DNA from: Mesotaenium endlicherianum
Taxonomy: Eukaryota
Direction: 5' to 3'
Assembly: GCA_009602735.1 (NCBI GenBank)
Contig: WELA01002318.1
Coordinates: forward strand, 476,937-536,616
DNA: 59,680 nt
A program made the translations under genes and the position numbers. The notes under the pieces are model-generated. The model saw nothing but the letters and a program-made list of their open reading frames with translations, did no database searches and had not been told where the DNA came from. Positions 51,114-59,680 of the stretch are shown piece after piece; position 1 is the stretch's first letter, and each line of letters begins with the position of its first letter.

Positions 51114-52652
51114 TGAACATGCTAGCGGTCGCTTAGCTCAAGTGGCCGGGGGCATCTTAGCATGCGGCGAGTGAGGAAGTTTGTAACCAGCCGCTTTCTT
51201 TCCGCTTTCTTTCTTGTACTACCAAAGATGCACACCAAAAAAAATTATCTAGCATCAGCTGATAGGAGGCTGTTGCTCTTCAAACCTGTGTCAGTGTGCA
51301 TGGAGAGGTGTTGTTGACATCAGTGTCGTCAATCTCTCATGTTGCCGCGCGTCAAGCCATGGGGAATTTGTTCCAGAGGGGAGGGGTCTTGCCTAGAAGA
51401 AGTGGGTCCTGGGCGGGCGTTGCTGACTATTAGTTTGAGCCTTGCCAGACCTGGGGAAGGGTCCAATCGAGGCCTGTATATGCACAGCCCCGCATGCCCA
51501 GCCCAGTCCAGGGCCTGAGGTTGGGGTCTTGAGAGACTTCTGTACATTGCAGGCTGCTTCGAGTTTTTTCACAACTTTGAGGTTCACACTGAAAGGAGGG
51601 GCATGCACGCGAGTAGCAAAGAAAATACACTGTGCGCTCTGCGGAAAGAGAGCGTGCATGTTTGGCAGCTTGGTGGCATGGTTGAAAACTTGATCTTTAA
51701 AAATGGATTCCAGGTCTGGGTGTATGCACCCACCCGTGCTCACATGCACCGAACAAGAGTGGCGCAAAAGTAGACTTTCGACTGAGGTGCAATCACGGCA
51801 AACGTTCCCCACATTGCACGCAAGAACCAAGCACTAGTACTAAGTACATCAATGTACGCATTCCAATTCACCGTAAAATGTTTGCATGATCGGGCTGTAT
51901 ATCTGACTTCAGAATCTTGATTTGGCATGCACATGTGGCATATGTATGCAGCTCGAAGGTGTCTTCATAAGCTAGAGCCAATCACACACCTGCACATTGA
52001 TCGAGGCTGTGTATGCAGATCAAGTATGAGCAATTAAGAACCTGAGTGCTTGATGAGACACACAATCAATGCTACTTGTCAGTGAGGTAGTTTAAACCTT
52101 TGGATGGCTATGACAATGCCATCATTAATTTCAGTCACAGTGCACAACCTTCTTGGAAGAACAAAACCCCCCAGGCCACCATCAAGTCATGTCATACATG
52201 CACCCATAGTGTTTTGATTTAGTTGGGTTGTCAATTGAGAAGGCCATCAAGAAGCATTGCTATGGCTTCCCTGTTGTTGCCAAGGGAGCAGCTATCCGAG
52301 CTGCGTTCACACTCACCATAGGAGAAAGCTCCGCCCAGCCAAGATTGAGAGTCAAGATAATTGATAAAATACAATCAGCGATTGAATAATATTCATAATT
52401 GTACAGCTCTAGGCACAAGTCTACGCCGGCCACAATTGGACGATAGCAAAAACCGGCACAAGCGCATGCCTGCCAAAAACTTTCGAAATCTATACCCGGC
52501 CATGCCCCTGCTTCATCGTCCCTTGCCAGACGCACCTTCTCCCCTTGCACCCAATAAGACGAAACGAAAATAAGAAGACAAAATGCCTAAAACAGCATCA
52601 AAAAAACTCAATAAACCCCCCCTCCCTCGATGCTATCCTCCTCCACAGCCAG

Positions 52653-58973
<6,321 letters not shown>

Positions 58974-59680
58974 CTGCACTCCCTCCCTTACTCCCGCCCA
59001 TCCAGCAGCCCCGCGCAGCGTCCGTCAGACCTCTGCCTGGCCACCCCTTCTTCTCTCTTCTATCGCCAGTCCCCTCCCCCTCCCCCACCCAAGGTCGCTC
59101 TGCCTTCTCACTTCCCCGCTGTCCCTCAGTGGCTCTTACTCCCTGTCTGTCCCCCTCGCACACTCCAATCCTCCCTCGAAAGCCTGAATGGCCCCCGTTC
59201 CTGAGCTGTGCCGGCACACCAACCCGGAAGGTAGATCGACGCAGGTGTCGCGGCGACAGGCCTGCCCAACAACCACCTGGCTGGCACTGCGTTCACGTGC
59301 GGTACTGCCTTGCAAGGAACCTGCTGATGACTCCCAAGCCTGAATGTGAGCCTCGAGCCCCCTCTCTCCCCAACATATTGCCCCCCCTGGGTGCCCAGGC
59401 CTACAGGGAGTAGCCAGTTCTTCTGTGGCACAGGACGTGGCAGGCACCTGCTGCAAAGAGACTGAGGGAGGGAGGGGGGGAGGAAAGGAGGAGAGAGGAC
59501 GAGCGGCAATCGACAAAAGACGGCGCACGCACAGAGATGCTGGGGCAGACTGGCCCCGCGCGCGCGAGTTAGCGGGATGGGGGACGGGAGAGAGAAGCAA
59601 GAGAGCGAGAGAAGTAGGAAGGGTGAGAGGGAGAGAGGGCGGGAGGGTGCGATGCAAACAGGGAGGCTGGGAGGGAGGGA

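Overview
Eukaryotic, intron-rich nuclear DNA with microsatellite-filled introns and several N gaps. It is most likely from a streptophyte green alga, possibly Zygnematophyceae; this is inferred from gene content and style, not proven. Seven spliced protein-coding genes were rebuilt by hand from splice sites, phase and motifs: pectin methylesterase (+, 5'-partial), TIC56 (-), a 2OG-Fe(II) dioxygenase (-), a CONSTANS-like B-box/CCT factor (+), ornithine decarboxylase (-), ALG10 (+) and a uridine kinase-like UK/UPRT gene (-, 5'-partial). An eighth gene (+) encodes an unusual protein with R3HCC1-like termini around two CCDC43/PWI-like repeats. The most interesting signal is the ODC 5' leader. About 410 nt without any AUG precede a weak-context AUG that opens a spliced 56-aa uORF ending ...QPPEGPS*, the PS-stop signature of polyamine-sensing uORFs. 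Its stop sits in an antizyme-like UCC-UGA-U whose +1 frame is the ODC frame, and it overlaps a second AUG (UGAUG). A synonymous-codon copy of PPEGPS followed by GPPW lies about 280 nt upstream in the ODC frame. All protein family calls rest on motifs recalled from memory; no searches were run.
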